Part shown: in pieces, positions 22,468-30,671 of the stretch
Position numbering within the stretch: position 1 is the stretch's first letter
Layout: each line of letters begins with the position of its first letter
Notes under the pieces: generated by a model
What the model saw: the letters and a program-made list of their open reading frames with translations, nothing else
Databases searched by the model: none
What the model was told of the DNA's origin: nothing
Source of the DNA: an uncultured Solirubrobacterales bacterium
GTDB taxonomy: Bacteria; Actinomycetota; Thermoleophilia; Solirubrobacterales; 70-9
Direction: 5' to 3'
DNA length: 64,000 nucleotides
Assembly: GCA_963815665.1 (NCBI GenBank)
Contig: CAWFHN010000006.1
Span: forward strand, 196,365 to 260,364
Program-made: the position numbers and the translations under genes

Positions 22468-23809
22468 GCTCCCGATTGTCGCGCACCAACCCGATCCAGC
22501 CCCGCCCGTCCCGCGCAAGCACCCTCGTGGCAGGCCCGGCCGCACCCTGCACGCATGGCTGCTGCGCCACCGCCCCGCCCTGCTGGGGGCCGGCTATACG
22601 GGGGCGCTGCTCGCCGTGGTGGGCCCCGGAGTCCTCGCGGGCCTCTCGGACGACGACCCGGCCGGGATCACCACCTATTCGATCCTCGGCGCCAAGTACG
22701 GGTACGAGCTGCTCTGGGTGCTCGCCGTCTCGACGGCGGCGCTGATCGTCTTCCACCTGCTGGGCGCGCGAATGGGTGTGGTGACCAAGAAGGGTCTGCT
22801 GACTTTGATCAGGACCCATCGCGGCCAGAGGAGCGCGCGGGTGGTGCTCGCCGCCCTCATCGTCGCCAACGTCGGCACGATGTGCGCTGAGTTCGCCGGC
22901 GTCTCCGCCGGCTTCGAGCTGCTCCTCGGACTCAGCCGCTACGTGACGGTGCCGCTGGCGGGCATCGGGGTGTCCGCTCTGGTGCTGCGCGGGTCGTTCA
23001 ATCGAGTCGAGCACATCCTGCTGGCGCTGAGCGCGGTCTTCGTCACCTACATCGCCTCGGGGCTGCTGGCCCATCCGGACTGGGGAGCGGCCGCAAAGGG
23101 CCTGGTGGTCCCGCATCTCCCCCTCACCCGCGACGCCGTGCTGGTCGCCGTGGCGACCATCGGGACGACGCTCGCTCCCTGGGGGCTCGTCTTCATCCAG
23201 TCCTACGCGGCCGACAAGCACCTCAAGCTCAAGGACCTGCGCTTCGAGAACGTCGACGTCGTGGTGGGGGCACTGCTGACGGGCGTGATCGGCTTCTTCG
23301 TCGTGATCGCCTGCGCCGCCACCCTGCACGTCAGCGGCATCGAGATCAACGACGCCAGCGACGCCGCCAAGGCCCTGGAGCCCCTCGCAGGGGGATCGGC
23401 GTCGACCCTCTTCAGCTTCGGATTCGTAGGCGCCGCGCTCCTGGCCGCCGCGGTCGTGCCGCTCTCGACCGCCTATTCGGTGGCGGAGACGGCGGGGAAG
23501 TCGGCCGACGTGAACGACACGTTCAGCGAGGCGCCGCTCTTCTATGGGAGCTTCGGCGCCGTCGTCGTGGTCGCCGCCGTCCTGGTGCTGATCCCCGGCG
23601 TACCCCTGATCCCGATCCTCTTCCTCTCGCAGGCGCTGAACGCGGTGCTGCTGCTGGTCATGCTGCCCGTGATGCGGAGCCTGGCGGGAGACCCGAAGCT
23701 GATGGGCGACGAGGCCCTCGGGACTACCGGGCGGATCGTCACGGGGGTGGCACTCGCGCTGATCGCGGCCTCGGTGCTCGCCCTGGGCGCGCTGACCGTC
23801 GCGGGGTGA
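22466..23809 (+). CDS. Nramp-related (SLC11 family) cation transporter, non-canonical metal-site motifs
   Basis: 447 aa with about 11 TM helices. It has GPGVLAGLSDDDPAGITTYS (TM1) and GTTLAPWGLVFIQSY (TM6) in place of the canonical DPGN / MPH. The exact start is uncertain. Confidence 0.8.
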
Positions 23810-23818
23810 GGCAGACGA

Positions 23819-24271
23819 CTACGACGTGCTGCTGGTCACCGGCGCCGGCGCGGACTGCTGGGTCGAATAGCCGCTCGATCCCGAGTAACCGCTCGAGGAG
23901 CCGTAGTAGTAGCCGTCCTCGCCGGAGGACTGCGAGTACGGGTCCGTTGACGAGCCGCTCGTCCCGGACGACGTCCCGCTCGACGAACCGCCGCTCGAGC
24001 TCTTCGCGCTCGTCTTCTTCGCCGTCTTGGCGGCCTTCGGGCCGAGTGCCGGGTCATTGCCGGCGGCCATCTGCGCAGCCATCAGGCCGCCGATGGCAAG
24101 CGTCGCCACGACGGCGAGCAGCGCCAGCTTCACGGTCACGGCCCGGGTGGACTGGAGGGGCCGCCTCGTCGTGTACCGGCGCTGCCGGGCCATACGCGCG
24201 TCGCGAGCGGTGCGAGGCCGCTCCGCCGAGCGGCGCGGGACGCGCTCCGGATAGCGGGGGTCGGGGCTCAT
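23819..24271 (-). CDS. membrane-anchored Ser/Gly/Tyr-rich low-complexity protein
   Basis: 150 aa: an Arg-rich N-terminus, one TM helix (VKLALLAVVATLAIGGLMAAQMAA), then a disordered S/G/T/Y-rich tail. GC3 is high in this frame. The start overlaps the upstream stop (ATGA). Confidence 0.65.
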   Translation of the reverse strand: MSPDPRYPERVPRRSAERPRTARDARMARQRRYTTRRPLQSTRAVTVKLALLAVVATLAIGGLMAAQMAAGNDPALGPKAAKTAKKTSAKSSSGGSSSGTSSGTSGSSTDPYSQSSGEDGYYYGSSSGYSGSSGYSTQQSAPAPVTSSTS

Positions 24272-24909
24272 CGGGCGGGCTCGTAGTCATAGGGGCTCGC
24301 GGGAGCCGGCCGCGAGAACTGCTCGGACGGCAGCGGGATCCGGCGCCGTGGGCGGCCGCTGGGCGGCTCGTCGCTGGGCAGCAGGCGCACGGCCGCCATC
24401 ACGGTGAGCGGCGCCACCGTTGCGATCACGATGATCAGCAGCCACAGGGAGCGGGCGTCGGTGCCGGCGCCGAGCGTGTGGACCACCGCGAGGGCGTACA
24501 CCGCCAGCGTCCAGCGGTGCATCTGCCGCCACAGCTTGGGGCCGATCCAGCGACGGACGTAGAAGGTCAGGCCGAGCAGCGCCGCCATCCATCCGCCGAC
24601 GACGCCGAGGCCGGTCCAGACTGGCCTGTGGGACATCACGAACGGGATGGCGATCCCCGAGAGGCCGGGGCGCAGATAGGTGTCGCCGAGCAGCACCAGG
24701 CCGTGCGCCGCGATGAAGATCAGCGCCGTCAGCGCGGTCGCCTCGTGCGCCTGCTTCAACTTGGCCATCGCGCCGGGTCCCTTCGCGGACCGCATCGCCA
24801 TGGCGAGCCCCATGCCGACCGACACGGCGACGAGCACCAGGGCGACGACACCGAAGGCGCGGCTCGCGATCCAGAAGATGTGCTGGCCGGGGTCGGTGTA
24901 GGAGTTCAC
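24268..24909 (-). CDS. ferric reductase-like (MsrQ-like) transmembrane heme-b domain protein
   Basis: 213 aa with 6 TM helices and conserved His in TM helices (EATALTALIFIAAHG, AVVHTLGAG). 4-nt overlap with apbE. Confidence 0.75.
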   Translation of the reverse strand: MNSYTDPGQHIFWIASRAFGVVALVLVAVSVGMGLAMAMRSAKGPGAMAKLKQAHEATALTALIFIAAHGLVLLGDTYLRPGLSGIAIPFVMSHRPVWTGLGVVGGWMAALLGLTFYVRRWIGPKLWRQMHRWTLAVYALAVVHTLGAGTDARSLWLLIIVIATVAPLTVMAAVRLLPSDEPPSGRPRRRIPLPSEQFSRPAPASPYDYEPAR

Positions 24910-25922
24910 GCCGCCACCGCCTCAGCGCCGTCACGTGTCGGCTCCGAGAGGGATCCGCAGAGCTCGACGCTGCCGTCGTCCCTGACGATCAGCCCACCAT
25001 GCAACGAGAGGATCTCCCGGGCATGCTCCGGGCCGGACAGGAACGCCATCTTGGCGAGCGTCTCGGCCTCCAGGGCGGTCTCGCCCAGCGAGGTCGCCTG
25101 GATCACGCCGGTCCAGGCCGGCTCGCCGGTCGACGGATCGAGCAGATGATGGGCGAAGCCCGCTTCGGCCTGCCAGAGGCGAGTCTTGATCCCGCTGGTC
25201 GCGACCGCGCCGCGTGCAAGCTTGAATTCGTGCGCGTTTCCCTCGCCGAGCGGGTGATCGATGTTCACCTGCCGCTCGACCGGGTGCTCACCGCCCAACC
25301 GCAGGTCACCGCCGGCATCGACGACGAACGTCGAATAGCCGGCGAGGCGATCGCACGCCAGGTCGGCCGCCAGGCCCTTGCCGCTGCCGCCGGTATCGAT
25401 CCGCACGCCCGGAGGCCTGCTCACGACGCCGGCGACGGGATCGACGGAGATCCCCCGCCAGCGCGAGTCCGCTCGCGGGGAGGCCGCCTTGCGCTCGGGG
25501 GCGACGGCCAGCGCCTCCTCGATGGCGGCCGGGGGAAGGTCTGCGCGCGAGGCGGCGTAGCCGGCGTCCTCGAGCTCGCCGACCAGCGTCGGGTCAACGA
25601 GACCCTCCGAGCGACGCGCCGCCCAGAGCGCCGCGTCGACCGCGACGGCCAGGGTCGGGCTGACCGAGCAGGAGGTGCCCGGCGCGGAGTTCATGGCACA
25701 GAGCTCGCTGCTTCGATCGAAGCGGGTCAGCTTCCGGTGCAGGAGGCGCAGGAAGAACTCGATCTGAATGCCCATCGCCTCGGGCGACGGCAGCCCCGCC
25801 CGATCCGGTGCGCCGATCAGCACTCGCACATGGGAGCCGAAGAGCTTGAAGCGGCGGTCGTCCTCGCTGAAGGGCGAGGTGTTCGGGTCCGAGATCACGA
25901 CGGGCATGCTCGTCCTGGGCAA
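24906..25922 (-). CDS. apbE: FAD:protein FMN transferase
   Basis: 338 aa with ApbE-type similarity (IDTGGSGKGLAADL, VVDAGGDL, AVATSG, HHLLDPSTGEPA). Confidence 0.88.
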   Translation of the reverse strand: MPRTSMPVVISDPNTSPFSEDDRRFKLFGSHVRVLIGAPDRAGLPSPEAMGIQIEFFLRLLHRKLTRFDRSSELCAMNSAPGTSCSVSPTLAVAVDAALWAARRSEGLVDPTLVGELEDAGYAASRADLPPAAIEEALAVAPERKAASPRADSRWRGISVDPVAGVVSRPPGVRIDTGGSGKGLAADLACDRLAGYSTFVVDAGGDLRLGGEHPVERQVNIDHPLGEGNAHEFKLARGAVATSGIKTRLWQAEAGFAHHLLDPSTGEPAWTGVIQATSLGETALEAETLAKMAFLSGPEHAREILSLHGGLIVRDDGSVELCGSLSEPTRDGAEAVAA

Positions 25923-25945
25923 TGAACACGCCGTAAGGGTGAGAT

Positions 25946-25966
25946 GAGAAATCTCTTAGAGATTTC
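25946..25966. promoter_or_regulatory. AT-rich palindrome in the apbE / response-regulator divergent promoter
   Basis: GAAATCTC-tta-GAGATTTC is a perfect 8+3+8 inverted repeat (25948..25966). It overlaps GAGAAATCTC (25946..25955), whose reverse complement recurs at 28377..28386. Confidence 0.5.
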
Positions 25967-26001
25967 GCGCGGCCTCGCGGCGCCGACCTAGCATTGCCCC
26001 G

Positions 26002-26679
26002 ATGCGGATCCTGGTCGTAGAAGACGAGCGCCCCATCGCCGAGTTCGTTCAGCGCGGGCTTGAGGCGGAGGGCTATTCCGTCAGCTGCGCGTACGACGGC
26101 GAACAGGGCCTGGCGATGGCGGGGACCGGCGACTACGCGCTGATCGTCCTCGACCTCCTCCTCCCCAGGCTCAGCGGATTGGAGGTCGTCAAGGGGATCC
26201 GAGAGCGGGATGAGGCTCTGCCGGTGATCATGCTGACGGCTCTGGCCGAGACCGACGACGTCGTCAGGGGCCTCGACCTGGGCGCCAGCGACTACCTGAC
26301 GAAGCCGTTCGCCTTCGCCGAGCTGCTCGCGAGGATCAGGGCGCACCTGCGCCAGCCCGGCCAGGTCAACGCAACCTCACTCGAGGTCGGTCAGATCAAC
26401 CTCGACTTCCGGACCCGGGAGGTGAGCCGGGCGGGACGCGGCGTGAAGCTGACCGCCCGGGAGTTCGAGCTGCTCGCGTACCTGATGCGGCATCCCGACC
26501 AGGTCCTCTCGCGCGCGCAGATCCTGAACGCCGTCTGGGGCTACGACTACGACCCCGGGACGAACGTCCTCGACGTCTACATCGGGTACCTCCGCCGGAA
26601 GCTCGCCGACGGCGACGGCGACGCCCCGATCCAGACGGTGCGCTCCGCCGGCTACCGGCTGGTGAGCACCGATGCGTAG
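26002..26679 (+). CDS. OmpR/PhoB family response regulator
   Basis: 225 aa with a receiver domain (ILVVEDE...LDLLLP) and a winged-helix output domain (LTAREFELLAYLMRHPDQVLSRAQIL, TVRSAGYRL). Confidence 0.95.
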   Translation: MRILVVEDERPIAEFVQRGLEAEGYSVSCAYDGEQGLAMAGTGDYALIVLDLLLPRLSGLEVVKGIRERDEALPVIMLTALAETDDVVRGLDLGASDYLTKPFAFAELLARIRAHLRQPGQVNATSLEVGQINLDFRTREVSRAGRGVKLTAREFELLAYLMRHPDQVLSRAQILNAVWGYDYDPGTNVLDVYIGYLRRKLADGDGDAPIQTVRSAGYRLVSTDA

Positions 26680-28126
26680 CCTCGTCCCGCGCGGGATCCG
26701 GCTGCGCCTGGTGCTCGCAATCTCCGCCGTGAGCGTCGCCGCGGTGGCCGCGAGCTTCTTCGCCCTCCACGAGACCACGGCGGCGAACCTCCGCAGCCGC
26801 ATCGACAGGGAGCTGAACGAGCAGTACGTGGAGTTTCAGCAGCGCGTCCTGAGCAACCGGAACGTTCGCGATGCGGCCGCCCTGCAGTCGGCGGGCGAGC
26901 GCTTCGTCGCCGGACAGCGCTACCACCCCGAGGCGCGCATCTACCTGATCTCCCCCGAGGGCCTGCATCCCGTCACGAACCAGCAGAGGATCGTCGACGA
27001 GGAGCTCGCCGAAACCCGGTCGGGAAACAGCGAGAACGGAGAGGCCGGGGCTGGTGGCGTCGTCTCCGCCGCGGACGGACTGACGACGATCTCCACGGAC
27101 GAGACCGGGAAGCTCCGGGTCCTCACCGAGCCGATCGTCGTCGGTGGGGCGAGGATCGGGACCTTTCGGGTGGCCGACCCGCTCACGTCGGTTGACCAGG
27201 CCCTGGCATCGCTCCGAAACAGGTTCATCGCGGTCGGGCTCGGCGCACTGGTCCTCTCGGTGATCATCGCGATCTGGCTCGCGAACCTGATCTCGCGGCC
27301 ACTGCGCAGGATGGCCGCCGTCGCCTCGGCGGTCGACTCCGGGGACCTCTCCCACCGCATCGACTACAGCGGGGACGACGAGGTGGGCGTCCTCGCCGAG
27401 GCTTTCAACCACATGCTGGATCGCCTCGAGGAGGGCTTCCGCCTCCAGCGAGACTTCGTCTCCGACGCCTCGCATGAGCTCCGGAGCCCCCTCACCGTGC
27501 TCCGAGGGCGGATCGAGCAGCTCACCGACCACGCCGGCGATCGCGAGGCGGTCGCCGGCGAGGCCGACGAGCTGATGCGGGAGGTGCGGCGCATGGAGCG
27601 GCTCACCGACGACATGCTCACTCTCGCCAAGGCCGAGCGCGGGGGGCTCGTGCAACCCCGCCGGGTGCCGATCGACGACTTCGTGGAGGACATCCGCCGA
27701 GACATGCCGCTGCTGGGGCCGCGGCACTACAGCGTGGAGTCGACCCTCCACGGCAACCTGGAGGCCGATCCGGACAGGCTCGCCCAGGTGCTGCGCAACC
27801 TGGTCACCAATGCGGTCCGGCACACCTCGGCCGGCGGGCACATCGGCATCTCGATCGGCTCGGAGAACGGCGTGGCCCTGTTCGCGGTCAGCGACGACGG
27901 CACGGGGATCGAGCCCGATCAGCTGGGGAGGATCTTCGATCGCTTCCATCGCACGGACGAGGGGCGGAGCCGAGCCGAGGGAGGCAGCGGGCTCGGGCTC
28001 GCCATCGCCAGGGCGATCGTCGAAGCGCACGGGGGCTCGATCGCCGCCGAGTCGCCGCCGGGCGGGGGGGCGACGATTCGCTTCTCGATCCCGGGCTACC
28101 GGCCGAGGGACGATCAGATGATCTAG
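26672..28126 (+). CDS. sensor histidine kinase (2 TM, HAMP, HisKA, HATPase_c)
   Basis: 484 aa with H-box FVSDASHELRSPL, N-box LRNLVTNAVRHT and G-boxes DDGTGI / GGSGLGLAI. Overlaps the RR gene by 8 nt. Confidence 0.95.
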   Translation: MRSLVPRGIRLRLVLAISAVSVAAVAASFFALHETTAANLRSRIDRELNEQYVEFQQRVLSNRNVRDAAALQSAGERFVAGQRYHPEARIYLISPEGLHPVTNQQRIVDEELAETRSGNSENGEAGAGGVVSAADGLTTISTDETGKLRVLTEPIVVGGARIGTFRVADPLTSVDQALASLRNRFIAVGLGALVLSVIIAIWLANLISRPLRRMAAVASAVDSGDLSHRIDYSGDDEVGVLAEAFNHMLDRLEEGFRLQRDFVSDASHELRSPLTVLRGRIEQLTDHAGDREAVAGEADELMREVRRMERLTDDMLTLAKAERGGLVQPRRVPIDDFVEDIRRDMPLLGPRHYSVESTLHGNLEADPDRLAQVLRNLVTNAVRHTSAGGHIGISIGSENGVALFAVSDDGTGIEPDQLGRIFDRFHRTDEGRSRAEGGSGLGLAIARAIVEAHGGSIAAESPPGGGATIRFSIPGYRPRDDQMI

Positions 28127-28329
28127 GGCGCGATCGGGTCGCCGGTCTCGGCGTCGATCACCGTGATCGCGCCCATCGGGCAGGCGCGCGCCGCATCGAC
28201 CAGCTCGCGAAGCGGTGCCGATCCGACGAGCCGCGCCACGTCGTCGACCTCGAACGCACCGGGCGCCAGCTCGGCGCAGTCGCCGTAGGCGAGGCATTCG
28301 CCCTTGTCTATGTGGACCTTGACCTTCAT
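28123..28329 (-). CDS. small ferredoxin (single Fe-S cluster type)
   Basis: 68 aa from the ATG at 28329: MKVKVHIDKGECLAYGDCAEL...ACPMGAI (CxxxxxC...CP pattern). Confidence 0.8.
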   Translation of the reverse strand: MKVKVHIDKGECLAYGDCAELAPGAFEVDDVARLVGSAPLRELVDAARACPMGAITVIDAETGDPIAP

Positions 28330-28375
28330 TGGTGTGATGGTCCGCGCCCGACTTGAACGCACAGTTAGAGCCACG

Positions 28376-28389
28376 TGAGATTTCTCTCA
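28376..28389. promoter_or_regulatory. second copy of the GAGATTTCTC motif, upstream of the ferredoxin gene
   Basis: TGAGATTTCTCTCA (arms TGAGA/TCTCA). The 10-mer GAGATTTCTC at 28377..28386 is identical to the reverse complement of 25946..25955. Confidence 0.45.
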
Positions 28390-28412
28390 TGCGCCCGGGG
28401 CGAACTTAGGGC

Positions 28413-28453
28413 TGTCCGAAGTTGTGGGTCATACGGACCCCAAAATCCGGACA
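28413..28453. repeat. 41-nt imperfect palindromic element (copy A), overlapping the DUF559 gene start
   Basis: tgtccgaagttgtgggtcatacggaccccaaaatccggaca. The same termini (TGTCCG...TCCGGACA) and about 70% identity to copy B at 29329..29369. Confidence 0.7.
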
Positions 28454-29320
28454 CCTGAGGAGGCCATCCGCGAGTTAGCCAGCAAAGCTCACGGGGTCGT
28501 CACACGCGCGGAGCTGTTGGCGGCCGGGCTCAGCGATCAACAAATCAAAGACCGGCTGCGGAAGGGGGTGCTCACCGCGGTCCACCGCGGCGTCTACCGA
28601 GTCGGCCACACGGCGCCAAGCCTTGAGGCGCGTTATCTCGCGGCCGTCAAGGCGTGTGGCGACGGATCCTTGCTTTCGGGTCGAGCGGCCGCGCATCTGT
28701 GGGGCCTGATCAAGCGCAGCCCTCCCCAGCCCGAGGTGATCACGACCGCAGATCGGCAAATCAAAGGAGTGATCGTCCACCGAGCCCGCAGGACGAATCT
28801 TCCAGACCCCGGAATCCGCCGCGGGATCCCCGTCACGACGGTGCCGCGCACACTTGTGGATCTCGCCTCTTCATTGCCAGAGCCCGCACTCGCGAGGGTC
28901 TGCCACGAGGCAGGTGTGATGTATCGGACTACCCCGAAACAGGTCGACGCGGTGCTTCAGCACATGCCAGCAGCTGCCGGCCGAGCCAAGCTCCGCCGCG
29001 TTCTCCACGGTGACGTGCCGGTCACCTTGAGTCGCCTCGAGGCGCGGTTCCTGCGCGTACTCAAAGAGTGCGGCCTCCCGCTGCCGGTCACGAACCGGGT
29101 CGCCGGTGGGCATTGCGTCGACTGCCGCTGGCCCGAACGCCGGCTCACCGTCGAGCTCGACAGCTACCGGTATCACGGGTCCCGGCACGCGTTCGAGAAA
29201 GGCAGGCACCGAGAACGCGAGGCTCGCGCACGCGGCGACGAGTTCAGGCGGTACACCTATGGCGATGTCTTCGAGGACACGACCTTCATGCTCTCGGAGC
29301 TTCGAGAGTTGCTGGCCTAA
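28424..29320 (+). CDS. AbiEi_4-like wHTH N-terminal domain + DUF559 (Vsr/PD-(D/E)XK-like endonuclease) C-terminal domain protein
   Basis: 298 aa. N-terminal HGVVTRAELLAAGLSDQQIKDRLRKGVLTAVHRGVYRV. C-terminal LEARFLRVLKECGLPLP...VDCRWPERRLTVELDSYRYHG, typical of DUF559. GTG start. Confidence 0.8.
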   Translation: MGHTDPKIRTPEEAIRELASKAHGVVTRAELLAAGLSDQQIKDRLRKGVLTAVHRGVYRVGHTAPSLEARYLAAVKACGDGSLLSGRAAAHLWGLIKRSPPQPEVITTADRQIKGVIVHRARRTNLPDPGIRRGIPVTTVPRTLVDLASSLPEPALARVCHEAGVMYRTTPKQVDAVLQHMPAAAGRAKLRRVLHGDVPVTLSRLEARFLRVLKECGLPLPVTNRVAGGHCVDCRWPERRLTVELDSYRYHGSRHAFEKGRHREREARARGDEFRRYTYGDVFEDTTFMLSELRELLA

Positions 29321-29328
29321 GCGGATGC

Positions 29329-29369
29329 TGTCCGGACTTTGGGGTCCATAAGAACCCAAAGTCCGGACA
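29329..29369. repeat. 41-nt palindromic element (copy B), also a likely bidirectional terminator
   Basis: tgtccggactttggggtccataagaacccaaagtccggaca, with perfect 15-bp arms TGTCCGGACTTTGGG / CCCAAAGTCCGGACA. It lies between the convergent DUF559 and DUF1385 genes. Confidence 0.75.
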
Positions 29370-29380
29370 ACCCGCCCGAG

Positions 29381-30319
29381 CTACGCAACAATCTCGATCG
29401 GCTGCTCGCGCTTGGCCTCGTACGGGTCCTCGACCGCCAGCACCGCCTGCAGCGCGCTGATCGCGACCTCGAGCTGGTCCAGATCCGGCTCGCGGGTGGT
29501 CAGGTTCTGCAGCATCAACCCCGGCCACATCACCGCCCGCACCCAGCGCTTGTTGCGGTGCTTGCCGGCCCACTTGATCACCTCGTAGGAGAGGCCCGCG
29601 ATCAGCGGGATGCCGAGGATCCGGGAGGCGACCAGCCAATACCAGGCCGGCAGGCCGATCGGCGCGAAGACGAAGATCGCCAGGACCATCACGATCAACA
29701 GGAAGCTGGTGCCGCAGCGTGGATGCAGCCGCGAGTACTCCTTCGCCCTGGGCGGGATCAGCTCGTCGCCGGCCTCGAAGCAGGAGATCGTCTTGTGCTC
29801 CGCGCCGTGGTACTGGAAGACGCGGCGCAGGTCAGGAAGCTTGCTGATCAGCGCCAGGTAGCCGATGAAGATCGTGGTCCGCAGCACGCCCTCGACGAGC
29901 CAGAAGAGGAGCGGGGAGCCGAGCTGGTCCTTGATCAGGCTGGTGGCGCCGACCGGGATGACGAAGAAGAGACCCACCGCGAGCAGCAGCGAGAAGAAGA
30001 TCGTCAGGCCCCAGGTGAAGCCGCCGATCTCCTCCTCTTCCTCACCGTCGGCGAGCTGCGCATTGGCCGAGATCGCCAGTGCCCTGAAGCCGATCCGCAG
30101 CGACTCGGCCAGGGCGACCACTCCGCGGATGACCGGTACGCGCAGGATCCTGCTGCGCTTGGCCCAGGAGACGATCGGCTCGGAGGTGACCTCGATGCGC
30201 TCCTCTGGGGTGCGGCAGGCGACCGACCAGGTCGAGACCCCTCTCATCATCACGCCCTCCAGAACGGCCTGTCCGCCGATCGGGGCGTCGCCCACGGCCA
30301 CGGGCTTGCCGTCGGGCAT
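29381..30319 (-). CDS. DUF1385 domain membrane protein
   Basis: About 312 aa from the ATG at 30319 (an alternative TTG at 30382 overlaps the rpmE stop). Motifs: GGQAVLEGVMMRG, YHGAEHKTI, RCGTSF. Confidence 0.85.
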   Translation of the reverse strand: MPDGKPVAVGDAPIGGQAVLEGVMMRGVSTWSVACRTPEERIEVTSEPIVSWAKRSRILRVPVIRGVVALAESLRIGFRALAISANAQLADGEEEEEIGGFTWGLTIFFSLLLAVGLFFVIPVGATSLIKDQLGSPLLFWLVEGVLRTTIFIGYLALISKLPDLRRVFQYHGAEHKTISCFEAGDELIPPRAKEYSRLHPRCGTSFLLIVMVLAIFVFAPIGLPAWYWLVASRILGIPLIAGLSYEVIKWAGKHRNKRWVRAVMWPGLMLQNLTTREPDLDQLEVAISALQAVLAVEDPYEAKREQPIEIVA

Positions 30320-30378
30320 GCGCTCGGACCGTGCGGCCTGAGGCCGCGTCCCATTCGACGATGACTCTGGCTGGGCGC

Positions 30379-30585
30379 TCAACGGGCGCGCTTGGCGGCC
30401 CGGCGACGGAACCGCTCGACCCTGCCGCCGGTGTCAACCAGCTTCTGCTTGCCCGTATAGAACGGGTGGCACTGCGAACAGAGCTCCACGTGCAGCTCGG
30501 GCTTCGTGGAGCGCGTGTAGAAGTCGTTTCCGCACGAGCAATGGACGTGCGAGAGGACGTACTCGGGATGGATTTCTGTCTTCAT
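30379..30585 (-). CDS. rpmE: 50S ribosomal protein L31 (Cys-containing, Zn-ribbon type)
   Basis: 68 aa from the ATG at 30585: [27 protein letters not shown]...[13 protein letters not shown]. Confidence 0.95.
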   Translation of the reverse strand: MKTEIHPEYVLSHVHCSCGNDFYTRSTKPELHVELCSQCHPFYTGKQKLVDTGGRVERFRRRAAKRAR

Positions 30586-30608
30586 CGCGTTTAAGTCTAG
30601 CCGCCGAA

Positions 30609-30650
30609 TTGACATACAAGCTGTAGGTCAGATATACATACAGCCTGTAT
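30609..30650 (+). promoter_or_regulatory. promoter-like TTGACA plus overlapping 12-bp inverted repeat, in the rpmE / NTF2-cluster divergent region
   Basis: TTGACA at 30609..30614. About 17-18 nt downstream is ATATAC/TATACA. ATACAAGCTGTA (30614..30625) pairs with TACAGCCTGTAT (30639..30650), 11 of 12 positions complementary. Confidence 0.5.
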
Positions 30651-30671
30651 GCCAAACCGAGGAGGCCACAG

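Noticed and set aside
26396-28390. 664-aa minus-strand ORF
   Set aside because: It is antisense to the histidine kinase and the 3' part of the response-regulator gene, and has no recognisable domains.
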